Part shown: positions 1 to 12,651 of the stretch, piece after piece | Layout of the letters: each line of letters opens with the position of its first letter | How positions within the stretch are numbered: the first letter of the stretch is position 1 | Source of the DNA: Podarcis vaucheri | Lineage: Eukaryota | Length of the DNA: 64,000 nucleotides | Direction: 5' to 3' (one strand) | NCBI GenBank assembly: GCA_965113315.1 | Contig: OZ220370.1 | Translations under genes and position numbers: made by a program | Notes under the pieces: model-generated | Database searches by the model: none | What the model was told of the DNA's origin: nothing | Seen by the model: only the letters and a program-made list of their open reading frames with translations

Positions 1-156
1 CTATTCTGTTAACTGTTCTCTATTGTGTACCTCTATGTGTTTTGTTTTGTATTTTCTCGTTTTTGTAGTTTTTTTTGGTTTTTGTATTCTATGTTTAAAC
101 TTTGAAGCTTTTGATTGTTTATGAAACTTTAATAAATATTACTTTTTTAAAAAAAA
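1..156 (+). mobile_element. Probable 3' UTR/poly(A) end of an L1-like LINE (continues off the left edge)
   Basis: T/G-rich tract followed by AATAAA (131-136) and an A-run; same layout as the L1 tail at 55140-55218. Confidence 0.5.
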
Positions 157-951
157 GTTATTGCTTGAGGTAAAATAGGTTGAGCAGGTCCATTGAATTG
201 TGATGGAGACCTCTGTGATTTGGTTAGGAGTGCTGCCAAAAAAGGGGGGCGGGGAGAGGTGTATAGAAACAAAAGGCCCATAGATGTACCCAGATTCATT
301 TTCATGGGTGAATTTTAACTCAAAGCAATAGCACTCTCCCAAAGTATGTGTGTGTGGAGGGGGAGAGAGTGTAGAACAAATTGTTGATATGTGTGGGCTG
401 CTACAGTATATATATATTTTTTAAAAAAGATGATGATATAGACACATGCAATCAAATCTATGCAACCAGAAGTTCAAATGAGAAAGTTATGTGCATGATG
501 AAAGGCAGTTCAATGTAACATCGATTGCTTTGGCCTTCTGGAGAGAAGGTGCACTCTGATTTTCTTGCACAAGTGTTATGTGGATAGCTGACAAACATTT
601 GGGTAAATTGTTTATTTTTTATTTTTAGCATGGTTGATTCTGTTTCATTCTGACTTATTCTAGTACAGATTTTCTAGACCAATCTTATCCTGTATCATTT
701 CATATACCACCTCCCTTATGATGAGAAGTTACCACTTTTCTTCATACCATCAGATTTCCATAGAGGATTGCAATTTGCCCTATATAGAGGAGGTTTGCAT
801 TTGTTTTGTTCCACAAACATGAATGGTTGTGGGAAAACCACTCATTTTTTTTTACCTCTCTTGAATCTTCCAGTATTAAAGATCATTGAACTTCAAGCGT
901 GTACACACCTCTACAACGTCCCAACTTGCTTTCTTTTACTCTAAACTAAAA

Positions 952-1078
952 TGTTCTCGAAGCTACCAACATGAGTTTGACCAAACTGCGGGAGGCAGGG
1001 GAAGACAGGAGTGCCTGGCGTGCTCTGGTCCATGGGGTCACGAAGAGTCGGACATGACTAAACAACAACAACAACAAA
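952..1078 (+). mobile_element. BovB/RTE LINE 3' end (severely 5'-truncated) with (CAA)n tail
   Basis: GCCTGGCGTGCTCTGGTCCATGGGGTCACGAAGAGTCGGAC is the BovB 3' terminal motif; flanked by AAAATGTTCTC / AAAATGTCCTC (TSD with 5' microhomology). Confidence 0.85.
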
Positions 1079-1407
1079 AATGTCCTCAAAGTTGTATCCT
1101 TTCCTCATACGGGAGTTACTCCACTCCCTTGATCATTTTGGCTGCACCTTTCTGAACTTTTTCTGACTGTACAGTATCCTTTTTGAGGTAAGGCAACCAG
1201 AACTGTACACAGAACTCCAAGTGTGGTCATACCATAGATTTGTTAAATGGGACTATATTGGCAGTTTTCTTTTCAATTCCTTACCTAATGATCTCCAGCA
1301 TGGCATTTGCCTTTTTCACAGTTACCACACAATGGGGCAACACCTTCATTGAGCTCTCCAAGGTCCTGTGCCTGATTACACACTGCTGTTCAGGTTCCAT
1401 GCATGTA

Positions 1408-1645
1408 CAGTGGTACCTCGGGTTAAGTACTTAATTCATTCCGGAGGTCCGTACTTAACCTGAAACTGTTCTTAACCTGAAGCACCACTTTAGTTAATGG
1501 GGCCGCCACGCTGCCAGAGCACGATTTCTGTTCTCACCCTGAAGCAAAGTTCTTAACCTGAAGCACTATTTCTGGGTTAGCGGAGTCTGTAAGCTGAACC
1601 GTATGTACCGGTAACCTGAAGCGTATGTAACCTGAGGTACTACTG
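1408..1645. mobile_element. Tc1/mariner (Tigger/pogo-like) MITE, copy 1
   Basis: TIRs CAGTGGTACCTCGGGTTA / TAACCTGAGGTACTACTG, TA TSD on both sides, internal TAACCTGAA repeats. Confidence 0.9.
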
Positions 1646-2929
1646 TATATGCCCCAACATGCATCACTTTACGCTTATTTACATTGTGGGGGACTCCACT
1701 TTCTACTTCGCTCCACTGAGAGAACTGTCAATTTATTCCTGCTCTCTGCTTCCTGTTTCTTAACCAGTTACTGGTCCATAAAAGAACCTCTCCTCTTATT
1801 CCATGACTACTAAGCTTACTCAGGAGTCTTTGGTGAGGTACTTTATCAAACATATTTTGAAAGCACACAGTGTTCTTGTTCTAGTGTTAAACTACTGAAT
1901 GTTTGGGTGATGGACGGTGAAATTACATACTGACAACTTTTTTTACCATTGCATTAAAGGATCCATTCTATCTACTCATATTTTCATTAGTTCATTTCAG
2001 AATATTTTCTCATGAAAGAGTAAGGAGTAAATTGGTATGCTGCCATTATCTGTTACACAATGAACTTAGGTCACCTTCACAAGTACACTTGTTGCATTCA
2101 TTGCATGTGTGGTTCAGTTGAAAACCCTGGCTTACAATCTATGAGACAAGATGAACTGGCAATGGAAGTTGTAGGTATGTATATCAAGTCACTCTGCTAA
2201 CAACCTGCATTATTTTAAAGTGACCTCTTCTATATTGACACCTGCTTCCAGTTCCTTTTTATCTGAGCCTAATGTGCAAGCCTAAAGCTCTTACAAAATG
2301 CTATATGTTTTAACCTATTGATCCTTTTTTAAAAAAGGTAAAAAGAATAGGGTCAAGGGGGGATGTGCCATGAAAATAATGAAGAACAGTGAAGAGAATT
2401 AGTTTCCTTTGTGAGAAATTCTCAGTGCTTGCGGGAAATGACATCCTTTTGATGGGGAATAGGGCTTCTAGTGCTTCAGTCACAATGGCTCAATTAGTAT
2501 GGCTCTTCCCTCTAGTTGTAAGACTCTCTTAAGGATGTGGCCACCTGCAGACACCACAGTGCAGTCTTGGGGGGAACTGCAGCAGAATCATAGGAGAACT
2601 GAGATGTCCCTACTGCCTCTCACTGGCTGTTATCCAACTGGAAAGTTTTACTCCCCTGATGGCACTGTGGAAAAAGTACTTCCGTAACCACTGCACCCTG
2701 GCAGATATCGTATCTGCAGTTATTATTATTGTTACTCTTAAGATTATTAATTGCTTTCTAAAGCACCCTTTGTCAAATGAGCATCTCAGATAAAAGTCCA
2801 TGTTTCACAAAATGGATATTAAAACATTAAAGCCTCACTTAAAACAAATTTCAATAATAAGAAATTTCAGTTCCACAACAGCTGCTGAACGTCAGTTAAT
2901 ATTTAACTTCCAAAAGCCTTAACTCCTGA

Positions 2930-3185
2930 AAGTGTCTTCAATTAATTATGAAACGCTACCGAAGTGACGGGCAAATGTACTTCCATGGGAATGGAGTTCC
3001 ACATCTGGGGTGCCATGATGGAGAAGGCCCTGTCCTGTTTCACTGCTGAACAAATGATGCTCATCAATGGGACTATGAGCAGGTTTTCCACTGAAGATCT
3101 GAGGTCTGGGGTCAACAGATATTGGGTAAAGCATTCTTCTAAATACTCAAATCCCAAGCTATTCAAGGCTTTATACACCAGTACC
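2930..3185 (-). mobile_element. Old L2 LINE 3' ORF remnant
   Basis: Translation LVLVYKALNSLG..YL...DRAFSIMAPQMWNSIP matches the L2 ORF2 C-terminal pattern (KALNGLGP..RAFSV.AP.LWN.LP). Confidence 0.75.
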
Positions 3186-4081
3186 AAGAAAACCATTGAA
3201 ACAGGCCTGGTGACAAATGGGCAGTTGACAGCAGCTGCCATGTAGAAAACACCATAGGATCTGTTTACCAGTTCATAATAGCTGGATTAATGGGATGCCA
3301 ATCACTGTATTGGAATACCCAGATGATGCAATGGGAGGTCTGCCCACAATGGGTTCTAATTCAAAGCCCACATTCACATTGGATGTATTGTGTCTCTAAA
3401 CAGGAGTTTAGATTATGCTGAAGGTACTATGGACTGAAAACTAGGAAGCTTTGGTATCTGGAACTTCTACTAGTACAACAGTCTCAAAGGTGACTTTTGA
3501 CCCACCGCCTTCCAGACCTTGTTAGAACCCCCAGAAGCAGAAATGCAATGTCAACCAAGAGCAATAAACACTTTGCCTTTAGGAAGCCAATTTTAGAAAA
3601 CTGGAGCTTCAATTTTTGAAATTTTGAGCTTGAGCCTCTAGTGCAAAAAAAGGAAGAAAAAGTTTAGCATTTGTGGAAAGCCCTGTGACACAACATCAGT
3701 TCCATCTTAATCCATTGTAATTCCATTAAAATACACAGGTTTGTGATCAGGTTATAAGTAAGAAACGACAGGTACTGTTAAACAAGGTCTTCAGAAAGGG
3801 ACTAACACTCAGCAGTGGAAGCTCTACAATGGCTACACTTAGGAACTCATGATGCAAACATGAAGAGGTCATGAAGGGGTCGATAGCTGGAACTATGGAT
3901 CTCGGTAAATCTTAGAAGTGACTATGTATTAAAAATGTTCCTGATTTTCCAGGTTCGCCTTAATCATGATCGCCTTGTTGTAGTCCAGGTCACCACTTAT
4001 GCCAATGGAGGTTTGTGTGTGCTTGGGGGAGGGGAGTTATTCTTTGAAACCTTCCCATTACTGCAGTGTAAGAACTTAGAA

Positions 4082-4217
4082 CAGGCTTCCTCAACCTCGG
4101 CCCTCCAGATGTTTTTGGCCTACAACTCCCATGATCCCTAGCTAGCAGGACCAGTGGTCAGGGATAATGGGAATTGTAGTCTCAAAGCATCTGGAGGGCC
4201 GAGGTTGAGGAAGCCTG
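4082..4217. mobile_element. hAT-type foldback MITE (~136 bp)
   Basis: Perfect 19-bp TIR CAGGCTTCCTCAACCTCGG / CCGAGGTTGAGGAAGCCTG inside a longer palindrome; 8-bp TSD ACTTAGAA / ACCTAGGA (6/8). Confidence 0.85.
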
Positions 4218-4329
4218 ACCTAGGAGGTTCTCAAAGGAACTGCCAACACAAATAGGATGTAATGCAATACACCCATTGCTTCTGAAGAAACAAGTTTGCC
4301 TCTGGACTGGGGCATTTTGGGAGGGTGGT

Positions 4330-4482
4330 GGTAGTAGTAGTAATAATAATAATATTAATAATAATAATAATTTTATTTATATGCTACCCATCTGACTGGG
4401 TTGCCCCAGCCACTCTGGGCAGCTTCCAGCAAAATACAAAAACACCATAAAGCAACAAACATTAAAAACTTCCCTATACAGG
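4330..4482 (-). mobile_element. L2 3' tail with (TAA)n
   Basis: Reverse complement of the 3' UTR of the longer L2 copies at 33340 and 38019 (CCCATCTGxCTGGGTTxCCCCAGCCACTCTGGGC). Confidence 0.8.
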
Positions 4483-5299
4483 AAAAGCCCTGATCCCTGC
4501 CCCCACAAAAGGTGGCATAGCTATATTGCTGTAAGAAATTGCCAGTCCCTGCTCTGCAGATGTCTAGCGTGGTTTAAGCTGTGAGATTCAGAATTGGCTC
4601 CATTTATCTTTCTAAGATGTCCCCACTTCTGAAATGGAGAGAATTTGCAGCAAAGCAGTTTAGAAGCACAGCACCACCACAGAGCTGAGCTGTGTCCTTC
4701 AGTCTTCTGTGCTAGGCATCCTTTTTTCATGCTCAAATGCTCATTTGCCCTTTGAGATTATGTGTCCTTGCAAAAAGATGTGTGTGTGTTGGGCAGGTGT
4801 GTGTGTGTGTTGTGGCAGCGGGTGTGTGTGTCCTTTGTCTAGTTCTTTTTTTAAAAGAACAGACTGCGAAAAGGGAGTGATGGGTCTCTTAAGGAAACAT
4901 AAACACTGTGTACTCATTAGAAGGCTCATTATAAATAAAGTGCAGAGAAGGTGCCCTAAGAGCAAGCTCTTTCATGGGTGTTTATTAGGACAAAGAGCTT
5001 CTTTAATAGGGCAACTGAAAAGAAAAGCACTCTGCTGCAACCATTAATAAACATTGCCACTTTTACTGACTTATTGGGAACAGCTTTGCCCTTGCATCTT
5101 TGTTTTTAAAGGGGCAGGCACCTCTTTCCTGTGTGCCAGTGTTCGTTGTGTTATATATATACACACACCATCAAAATTCTGCCACACACTGTTTCCGAAA
5201 CTCTCACTCTGAAGTGTGGTGACACCTTGACAGAAATGCCTTCATCGAAGCAGTCTGGATATGCCTGTAGGTGATAGCAACTGTAAATGCAAATGCCAT

Positions 5300-5500
5300 T
5301 GTAGGTGGAAATAAAAATCAAGATCACCTTGACCGTTTGGAAAAATGGGCTGAAAGACAAGTGCAAACTGCTCATTAAGGGGAAGAAAAATCCAAATAGC
5401 AACATGCAAAATGGATGCAATGGGTCTAGGTTTCAGCACTAGTGACAAGGGACTAGGGAGTTTATACAGCCTTAGTTAGCAGCATATTATTCTTCTTGTT
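5300..5500 (+). mobile_element. Degenerate CR1 RT fragment
   Basis: QDHLDRLEKWAE...DKCKLL...GKKNP resembles the CR1 motif QxDLDRLExWA...DKCKVLHLGxKN. Confidence 0.6.
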
Positions 5501-5556
5501 TCTTAAAAATCTTACTATATCTGGGTTGCATTTGTGCAAGCACAAATAGAAGTTTT

Positions 5557-5572
5557 ATTATTGTTGTTGTTG

Positions 5573-5616
<44 letters not shown>

Positions 5617-5812
5617 TTTTTTTTATATGCAACCTATCTGACTGAGGTGCCCCAGTCACTCTGGGCTGCTTACAGCAAATATAAAAACACCGCAAATCAT
5701 CAAACATTAAAAACTTCCCTATACTGGGCTGCCTTCAAATTTCTTCTAAAAATCATATAGTTATTAATGTGTTTGACATCTGACGGGAGGGCATTCCACA
5801 GGGCGGGCACCC
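5557..5812 (-). mobile_element. L2 3' end with (TTA/TTG)n microsatellite tail
   Basis: Homologous to the L2 copy at 38019 (GGGCTGCCTTCA..TCTTCTAAAA, ACATCTGAxGGGAGGGCxTTCCACAGGG). Confidence 0.8.
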
Positions 5813-6311
5813 TGCTCTGTTTGTAACAGGTTAGGGTAAAATTAAAATGCTGCCTTTATCTATGGACCAAACAAAAGCACATCGTTGCCCTGGGGATGCA
5901 AGATTTTTCATTCACAAATTGCTTAGGGATGAGACTGATCTAGAACACACAACCCTGAAGTTGGACCCTTTGTCTCTCCTTTCCCCCACCGCAGTCCTAA
6001 TCAATTTGTTTTGGGGGTAAAGCTCCTATTCATTTAAATGATTTATTTTCCAGCAGAAACTGAAGGGGCCCAATCCAGTTTGGGACCACATTGGTGGCAA
6101 ATGGGTTTAAGCTTCCCTACCTTCCATGTCAGGGTCCTGGCCTTGTGTTTGTGTTCTCACAATTACTATTTGTGAAAGAAAATGTGTGTGATAAAGTAAG
6201 AATGTCATGATAAACATCTCGTGAGTTTGCGTCTAACTGGGGAGGATTTGTAGAAGAACTGTGAAAACTATTTCTTTTATTAAATTATTAAATTTGTATT
6301 TGTTAATAATC

Positions 6312-6754
6312 GGCCAGGGTTCAGATGTCACACTAACCCATAGTTTAGTGTGATGAGAATGAGCTACAGTGAGCCTTTGGCTTGTAGACTGCTCCCACTC
6401 TAGCACATCCAGAAGGAGTTTTTGCTTCTTCTTCTTTGCTTAACCACAGCTTGTTGTGTCATCCTAACTGACAGACTGTGGTTGATCTTCACCGTGGCTT
6501 GTTTGAAACAAGCCAGCTTCAAATCATAGGTTATAAAGCTGGATTGTTTAAACAGGCTATACTTAATGCTAACCACAATTTAGGGTTTGGCTGACATGCT
6601 AAACTGAGGTTAATGGAAATCGGAATCGAAAGCTTCTAATATCCTCCTCACAGAAGAGACGGAAGGTGGAGAAGCCCGTGAGCCTGCGCATCACTGCGGC
6701 TAAATTCTCATCATGCTAAACAATGGTTTACCCATGTGGCATCCAAACATGGTC
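6312..6754. mobile_element. Long imperfect palindrome; probable foldback non-autonomous DNA transposon (Harbinger-like)
   Basis: Ends GGCCAGGGTTCAGATGTCACA vs TGTGGCATCCAAACATGGTC; inner arms AAACAAGCCAGCTT / AAGCTGGATTGTTT symmetric about ~6527. Confidence 0.65.
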
Positions 6755-8353
6755 TTTGTCTATGGGTTATTATATCTGACAAAATGGGAAGCCTAATTCT
6801 TTCCACATAAGCACGTTTTGTTTCTGCTGCTTTTCAAATTACAAGGATTGATGTCTGGAAATTGCAAACACTTTATTTGCTTGGCTGGGTATTTCTCTGC
6901 TTGGGATGTGACAAAGCCAAAGAAAAATGGCAGAGCTGATTTTACTTTCTCCATGGAGGTCTCATAGGATAAAAAAAAAAAGAGGATAGTGTTCAGCTGA
7001 GATTTCTTTCTTACTTGGGATAAAAATTAACCAGCTGCACCTGACCGTGTTTGTGAGAGAGCCTGAGCTTAATAGATAATTCAAATCCCCTGCATTTTGA
7101 TCCTGTTTGTGCCCATGTAATAAGCACTTAGAAATGAGGGCAACATAAATAGATTTTTCTAGACAGCCAGATAAATAACTGAAGGCTAGTTGGGCATTTT
7201 GCACAAGTCTCCAATTTAATTCCTTTCACACATACACAACTCCTGTGCTGGGGTTGTTGCTTAAAGACCTGCAAAATAAGGGGCATATTTTTGAGACTGT
7301 AGGGAAATGATGTATTATGTGCATCAGGACATTAATAGTCTTTTATTTGAATATATCACCCTTGGAATGCATTAAATGAAGGTTGCTTTTTGCAGTGATG
7401 GTATATCATATGCTACCTTATGCAAATAAGGTTCATGGTTAAGGAAATGTTCCTTGAGACCAAATGTGAGTGCAGGAGACAAAGAATTCACACAAAAAAA
7501 GACATCATGGTTGGCAGGTGGAAAGAAATTAAGCACAGGGAAGTGGACAACAACAACAAAAAAAGAAATTCTGTGAACCGGGAGAAGGAATGAAAACTGC
7601 AATGAAAGCGAAACGTAGTTTTCTCTACTGCATTTTACTATGTATTACCACCACCCATACTTTGTATAAATTGTAGAAATCCTCCCCATCTTTCATTCAC
7701 AAAACATGTCTCTCTCCACTTCTATGGCCTCAATAAAATTGTGTCCAATTTCCCCCTCATCATGTCCCATTCCTTTTCCGTCTCCCTTAGAATATTATAG
7801 ATTCCCTATAGAAAACATCAATAGTTTCCTGATACATCAAAGTGTAAGCATTTTTTAAGCTAATGTACTTGAGGATTTGGACAGTTCATATTAGTATCAG
7901 TGAAAAGCCCTGAAATCTCTGACCCCCTGAAGATATTGCAAAACTCCGGCATTTGGCTCTATTTTGTCCAAGTGGATCTATAAATTATCATCTTCCACAG
8001 CCAGCATCAATTATATCATATAGGCATAATTCTCTCCTCTCATAATTCTTTCCACCCTATATCCCATGATGAAAAGTATGCTTTCTTACTTGCTTTGAAG
8101 TGGAACACAACAGTCTACAAAAGTAACAGAGACCATCTTTCATCTGTGACTTTTAATTTCCCTCTAAGGGGCACTACATCTTTAATAACAGCTTTAGCTG
8201 TAGCAAACCCCTGGATTGTTTAGTGCAACCTTTGCCAACCTGCTGCGTTCCAGATGTTTTGGACTACAACTCCCATCAGCCACAGCTAGCAAGGCTCAAC
8301 TGGAACTGTGCACATGTCCTATTGGAAAGGAGTTAGAGGGTTAAGTGAAGTAA

Positions 8354-8739
8354 GGTATAAAGGTAAAGGACCCCTTACAGTTAAGTCCAGTCGCAGATGA
8401 CTCTGGGGTTGCGGCGCTCATCTCGCTTTACAGGATGAGGGAGCCGGCATTTGTCCACAAACAGTTTTTCCGGGTCATGTGGCCAGCATAACTAAGCCGC
8501 TTCTGATGCAATGGAACACCGAAACCAGAGCAGTGCAGGAAAAAGCCGTTTACCTCCCTGCCACAGTGGTACCTATTTATTTACTTGCACTTTTTGGCAT
8601 GCTTTCGAACTGTTAGGTTGGCAGGAGTTGGGACTGAGCAAAGGGGGCTCACCCCATCATGGGGATTCGAACTGCTGACCTTCTGATTGGCCAGCCCAAG
8701 AGGCTCAGTGGTTTAGACCACAATGCCACCCATGTCTCC
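8354..8739 (-). mobile_element. Sauria SINE, full length
   Basis: tRNA-like head (TGGTCTAAACCA...GTTCGAATCCCC on minus strand), BovB-related 3' part, (ACCTTT) tail; 12-bp TSD TAAGTGAAGTAA at 8342-8353 and 8742-8753. Confidence 0.9.
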
Positions 8740-8904
8740 ACTAAGTGAAGTAAATACTCCCCCAATGGTGAGTCCCACCAGACATCTTCCTATAACAGCA
8801 ATCCTCACATTGTCCACAATATAATGGCAAGTCTAAATAGCCCCCAGAACCTTTGCTATATCCAATACAAGCATTTATATCTATACCACTATATATTAGC
8901 ACTA

Positions 8905-9117
8905 CAGTGGTACCTCGGGTTACAGACGCTTCAGGTTACAGACGCTTCAGGTTACAGGCTCCACTAATCCAGAAATAGTACCTCGGGTTTAAAACTTTAC
9001 TTCAGGATGAGAACAGAAATCGCGCGGCTAAAGTGCTACCTCAGGTTAAGAACAGTTTCAGATTAATATCAGACCTCCAGAACGAATTGCGTAAATTCTT
9101 AACCTGAGGTGCCACTG
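8905..9117. mobile_element. Mariner-type MITE, copy 2 (opposite orientation)
   Basis: TA|CAGTGGTACCTCGGGTTA ... TAACCTGAGGTGCCACTG|TA. Confidence 0.9.
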
Positions 9118-10459
9118 TATTAATTATCCCTGGGAAAGAAACAGATTGGTTTTCCTAGAAAATGGTAAGATTACCTGGGGACAAAGGAGAAAATATATAT
9201 TTATTCAAACTGGACTGGGCCACAGCAGTGGCAGTCTCTCTTCCTCTTCTCCTGCTCTCCAGAAGCCACTATGAGCTGCCCAAGGGAGGAAGCCAGCAAC
9301 AGAGGCCATGGACAGGCAACGGGAAGCTCTCTCCCTGCCGTCATCCCTTGGAACAAGCACCTGCTCATCCTCCTCCCTGAGCTCAGTGACGGCAGCACCG
9401 GCGGGGGAAATCTGGACATTGTGGGATCAAATCAGAAGCAGGGACAGCTGTCACAATTCCAGGACTGTACCCTGGACACTTGGAGGGGATGAACTAGGCA
9501 TGTTTGGATTTTCACATCAGGGACATGAAAGCAGCGATCTATTGCTTATGTACCACGGGCATTCTTGGAATAGGCTGACCTTCTCAACAATATAAACCAC
9601 TGCACATTTCTCAAAGAAGCTCTTGAGTGCAGCTCATTTTAAAGATTTCGGAACTGTTGATGTTTTGTCATGAGACATATCATTAATATTCTTTGTTTCG
9701 CTAATTAAAAAACAAACCAACTGAGTTTAATATGGAAGATTATACAGTCTGACCACCCCTTTTTGGTGTCTTCTACTGTAGAAAGCTCAGTCAAGGCCTG
9801 ACCTTGATCATGAATTGGGCGCTCTGCTCCTCTCTGTATGCAAATGACACTAATTAATCCAACACAAACATCAATATTTTTGCAAAGCATAACCCCAAGT
9901 GCCGTTTTATGACCATGTAATTTACAAGGCCTTAAACTACATTAAAATTACCACATACAGTGTTTACAGTTTAATTACACGGCTATTTGCCTTACCCAAT
10001 CAAGTGTTATTCATATAGTCCTTATCCACTGGCCCTAATCTTACCTAAAAAAGAAAACAAACCTTTTTGCGGGCACAATAAGAATAGCAAATATTTAGCA
10101 AGAGGAATTCTTCCAAATTGCTTCTTCTGTTTTAGTGAACATAAAAATTGTGTTTATTCTAGCTAAAGTAATTGTCATCTGTCCATTTGCACTATTTATG
10201 GATGTCTGCTTCTTCTGAATAATTTCCAGTGTGTAAAAATGGCACTAACAAAGGATTTTCTAATTTGAAAAGCGTTAAGCCTGCACATCTAGAAGAATAA
10301 GGAGTGAATAACTTGGTGCTAGAATGGATTGTTTTATTGCAGATTTGCAGGTGGGGAATCACATTTTAAACTGCTCCTGAAGTGAAAACATGCTCTGCCA
10401 GTATAAACTATCACAGCAGGGAACAGGCTAGGCCAGAACCATTCCGCTTGCCATTATAG

Positions 10460-11113
10460 TGTAGCACCCTGCTTGTGGTTAACGCTTAGCTGGAATGAAA
10501 TATTCAACGCAGCAATAGAGAAATTAAAATAATTATTTATTTGTCAGACAAATAAATGAGAGGCACAGTGGTATATGGTTACCAAGCTCTGGCCTGGGCT
10601 CCTGCCATTATGGCCAGCACTTATATTCCCTTAATCCAGCCCCCTTTGCTCCTCCTGTGGCTACCTCTGTCCAATCAGCCTGATTGAATTTCCTATTGGC
10701 TGATTGCTAGAACCAATCCTAGAAGATACACCCATATCCTCCTGTCCTTATATGGAACACAAAGAGCTATATATTGTTACATCTATAAATGACAAATAAG
10801 TAGTAATATATCTTACATGTGTCTCAACAAGGCATCTTAATTACCAGCTCACCTCTTGCCCTCCTTGCCCTATTGCCTTCTAAAACAAATGGTTAATCTT
10901 AAATTTTTATCTTAAACATATGTCAAGGATCTTGAGTTTCACATAAACAAATGTCTGACAACTAATATATCAGGACTGCTCGGATGGCGTCTTCTTGTCT
11001 GGCAGGGCTAGGCTGGTGGCTGACTTAATTTAACTCTTACAACTATATGAAATCTAGCATTTCTTAAATCCTTTGCATAATTACATTTAAGACAATATAT
11101 TTAATACATAACA
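10460..11113 (-). mobile_element. Possible solo LTR (ERV/Gypsy-like)
   Basis: TG start and CA end; minus strand shows CCAAT-box cluster (10670-10718), TATA-like AATATAAG (~10622) and AATAAA (~10537) in LTR order. TSD imperfect (ATAG / TAGG), so the boundaries are uncertain. Confidence 0.4.
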
Positions 11114-11884
11114 TAGGTAGCCTTTTAAAAGGAATAAGGCCTTTATAAAGTAGAAAAGGAACTTAGTAAAAAGGAACACAGTAAAAAACCGCTTTAAAAG
11201 AAGCCTCTCCAGTTTACATTCCCCCCCCCTTCTCCAGCCAGCTGCTTTTCCCATTAGCTCTTCCCAACATTTATTGCCCTTTTAACTCTCTTCAGTTTAA
11301 GAAAGAAACAGCTTTAAAAAAAGACTTGCCAGCCAGATGCTTCTCCATTTGGTCTTTAACCTTGGAAAGAAGATCTGGCTCATTTTACTGGGAGGCACAT
11401 TGGCATTATTTTACTATTTACTCATTCCTAATTATTTATTTCTGCCTTTTTTATCTTCTGTAACATATAGGGTCAGTGTCCTCACTCAGTCTGTAATTCC
11501 AGCTTTTACGACTTTGAGAATTGTTTTCTGCTATCAATCAAAGGGGCCCTTGTCTAGGAGAATAAACATTACCAAGGTTGTAAACTGCTGGCTTGAAACT
11601 TTTGAAAATCTAAGCTCTCTCTTTAATATACAAGTCCTGATCAAACATTAATAAAATGCAGGCTTATGCCTGATGCCTCATTAGTGTTTTACTTGCAGGG
11701 AGTTTTGGGTCCATCTGCACTATGCTTTTAAAGCAGTATTCAGTATTCAAGTACTAACCTTACTTTTATTCTCCAAGATGACACCAGTGCAATAGACCAG
11801 GAGCTGCTAACACAGTAGCTGCAGGCATCTGCAATGGCCTTCATTAGCGCCTCTAGGCCCAGAACTTCATATATATATTTAGAC

Positions 11885-12180
11885 AAGCCGTCCTGGCTTC
11901 TGATTTGATCCCCGAATGTCCTACTTTTCCTTAGGATGTCCCTATTTTCATTAGAGAAATGTTGGAGGATATGGAGTTATCTGACCCTTGAGCTGTCTGA
12001 AGGCAATCCTATATAGGGAAGGGGTTTTTTATGTTTAATGTTTTATTATGTTTTTATATATGTTGGAAACTGCCCAGAGTAACTGGGACAACCCAGTAAG
12101 ATGTGTGGGGCATAAATAGTAACATTATCATTATAGAATAGGACGTCCCTATTTTCATCGGAGAAATGTTGGAGGGTATG
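11885..12180 (-). mobile_element. CATACCCTCCAAC-terminal MITE with duplicated terminus enclosing an L2 3' tail
   Basis: GTCCCTATTTTCAT..GAGAAATGTTGGAGG(A/G)TATG occurs twice (~11938-11973 and 12146-12180) around an L2 3' UTR (~11997-12130). Confidence 0.7.
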
Positions 12181-12651
12181 GGACTGGTCCTGCCTCTCAG
12201 TGTTTTTAGCTGATGAGTGAAGTAAGAGCTGTGATTGATAGGTGAGTCATTTGGACACTAAACAACAGGAATCCCTAGGGTCCTGAAGAATTTCCACTTC
12301 CCCCTCCCCCCTAGTGCACTGTCCCTGCTTCAGTCTTATTTTCTACTGCTTAGAGCAGGCATAGGCAAACTCGGCCCTCCAGATGTTTTGGGACTACAAC
12401 TCCCACCATCTCTAGCTAACAGGACCTGTGGTCAGGTGTTAAATGTGCGAAAAAAGTCAGAAACCTAAGGCAGTATAAGTTCCTCAACTATGTTTATTTA
12501 TTTGTCAGTGACAACAGCTCACTCATAAGAAAACAAGAACCAAACTGACTGGACAACACAATAATAATCCTGAGCATGAACTGACGTTGACAGTTGACAG
12601 TTGAAGGTGCATGCATTTACTTGCCATTAGAACGTTCATCTACCAATGCTT

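Larger units (their letters stand above)
886..1863 (-). mobile_element. CR1 LINE ORF2 (RT) remnant with internal deletions, interrupted by a BovB tail and a mariner-type MITE
   Basis: Minus strand 1863-1688 translates FDKVPHQRLLSKLSSHGIRGEVLLWTSNWLRNRKQRAGIN*QFSQWSEVESGVP, the CR1 RT region; 1090-1350 matches CR1 downstream ORF2 sequence. Confidence 0.85.

Noticed and set aside
7600-8100. Very old L1 3' fragment on the minus strand
   Set aside because: Only a faint resemblance; no motif could be read confidently enough to list it.
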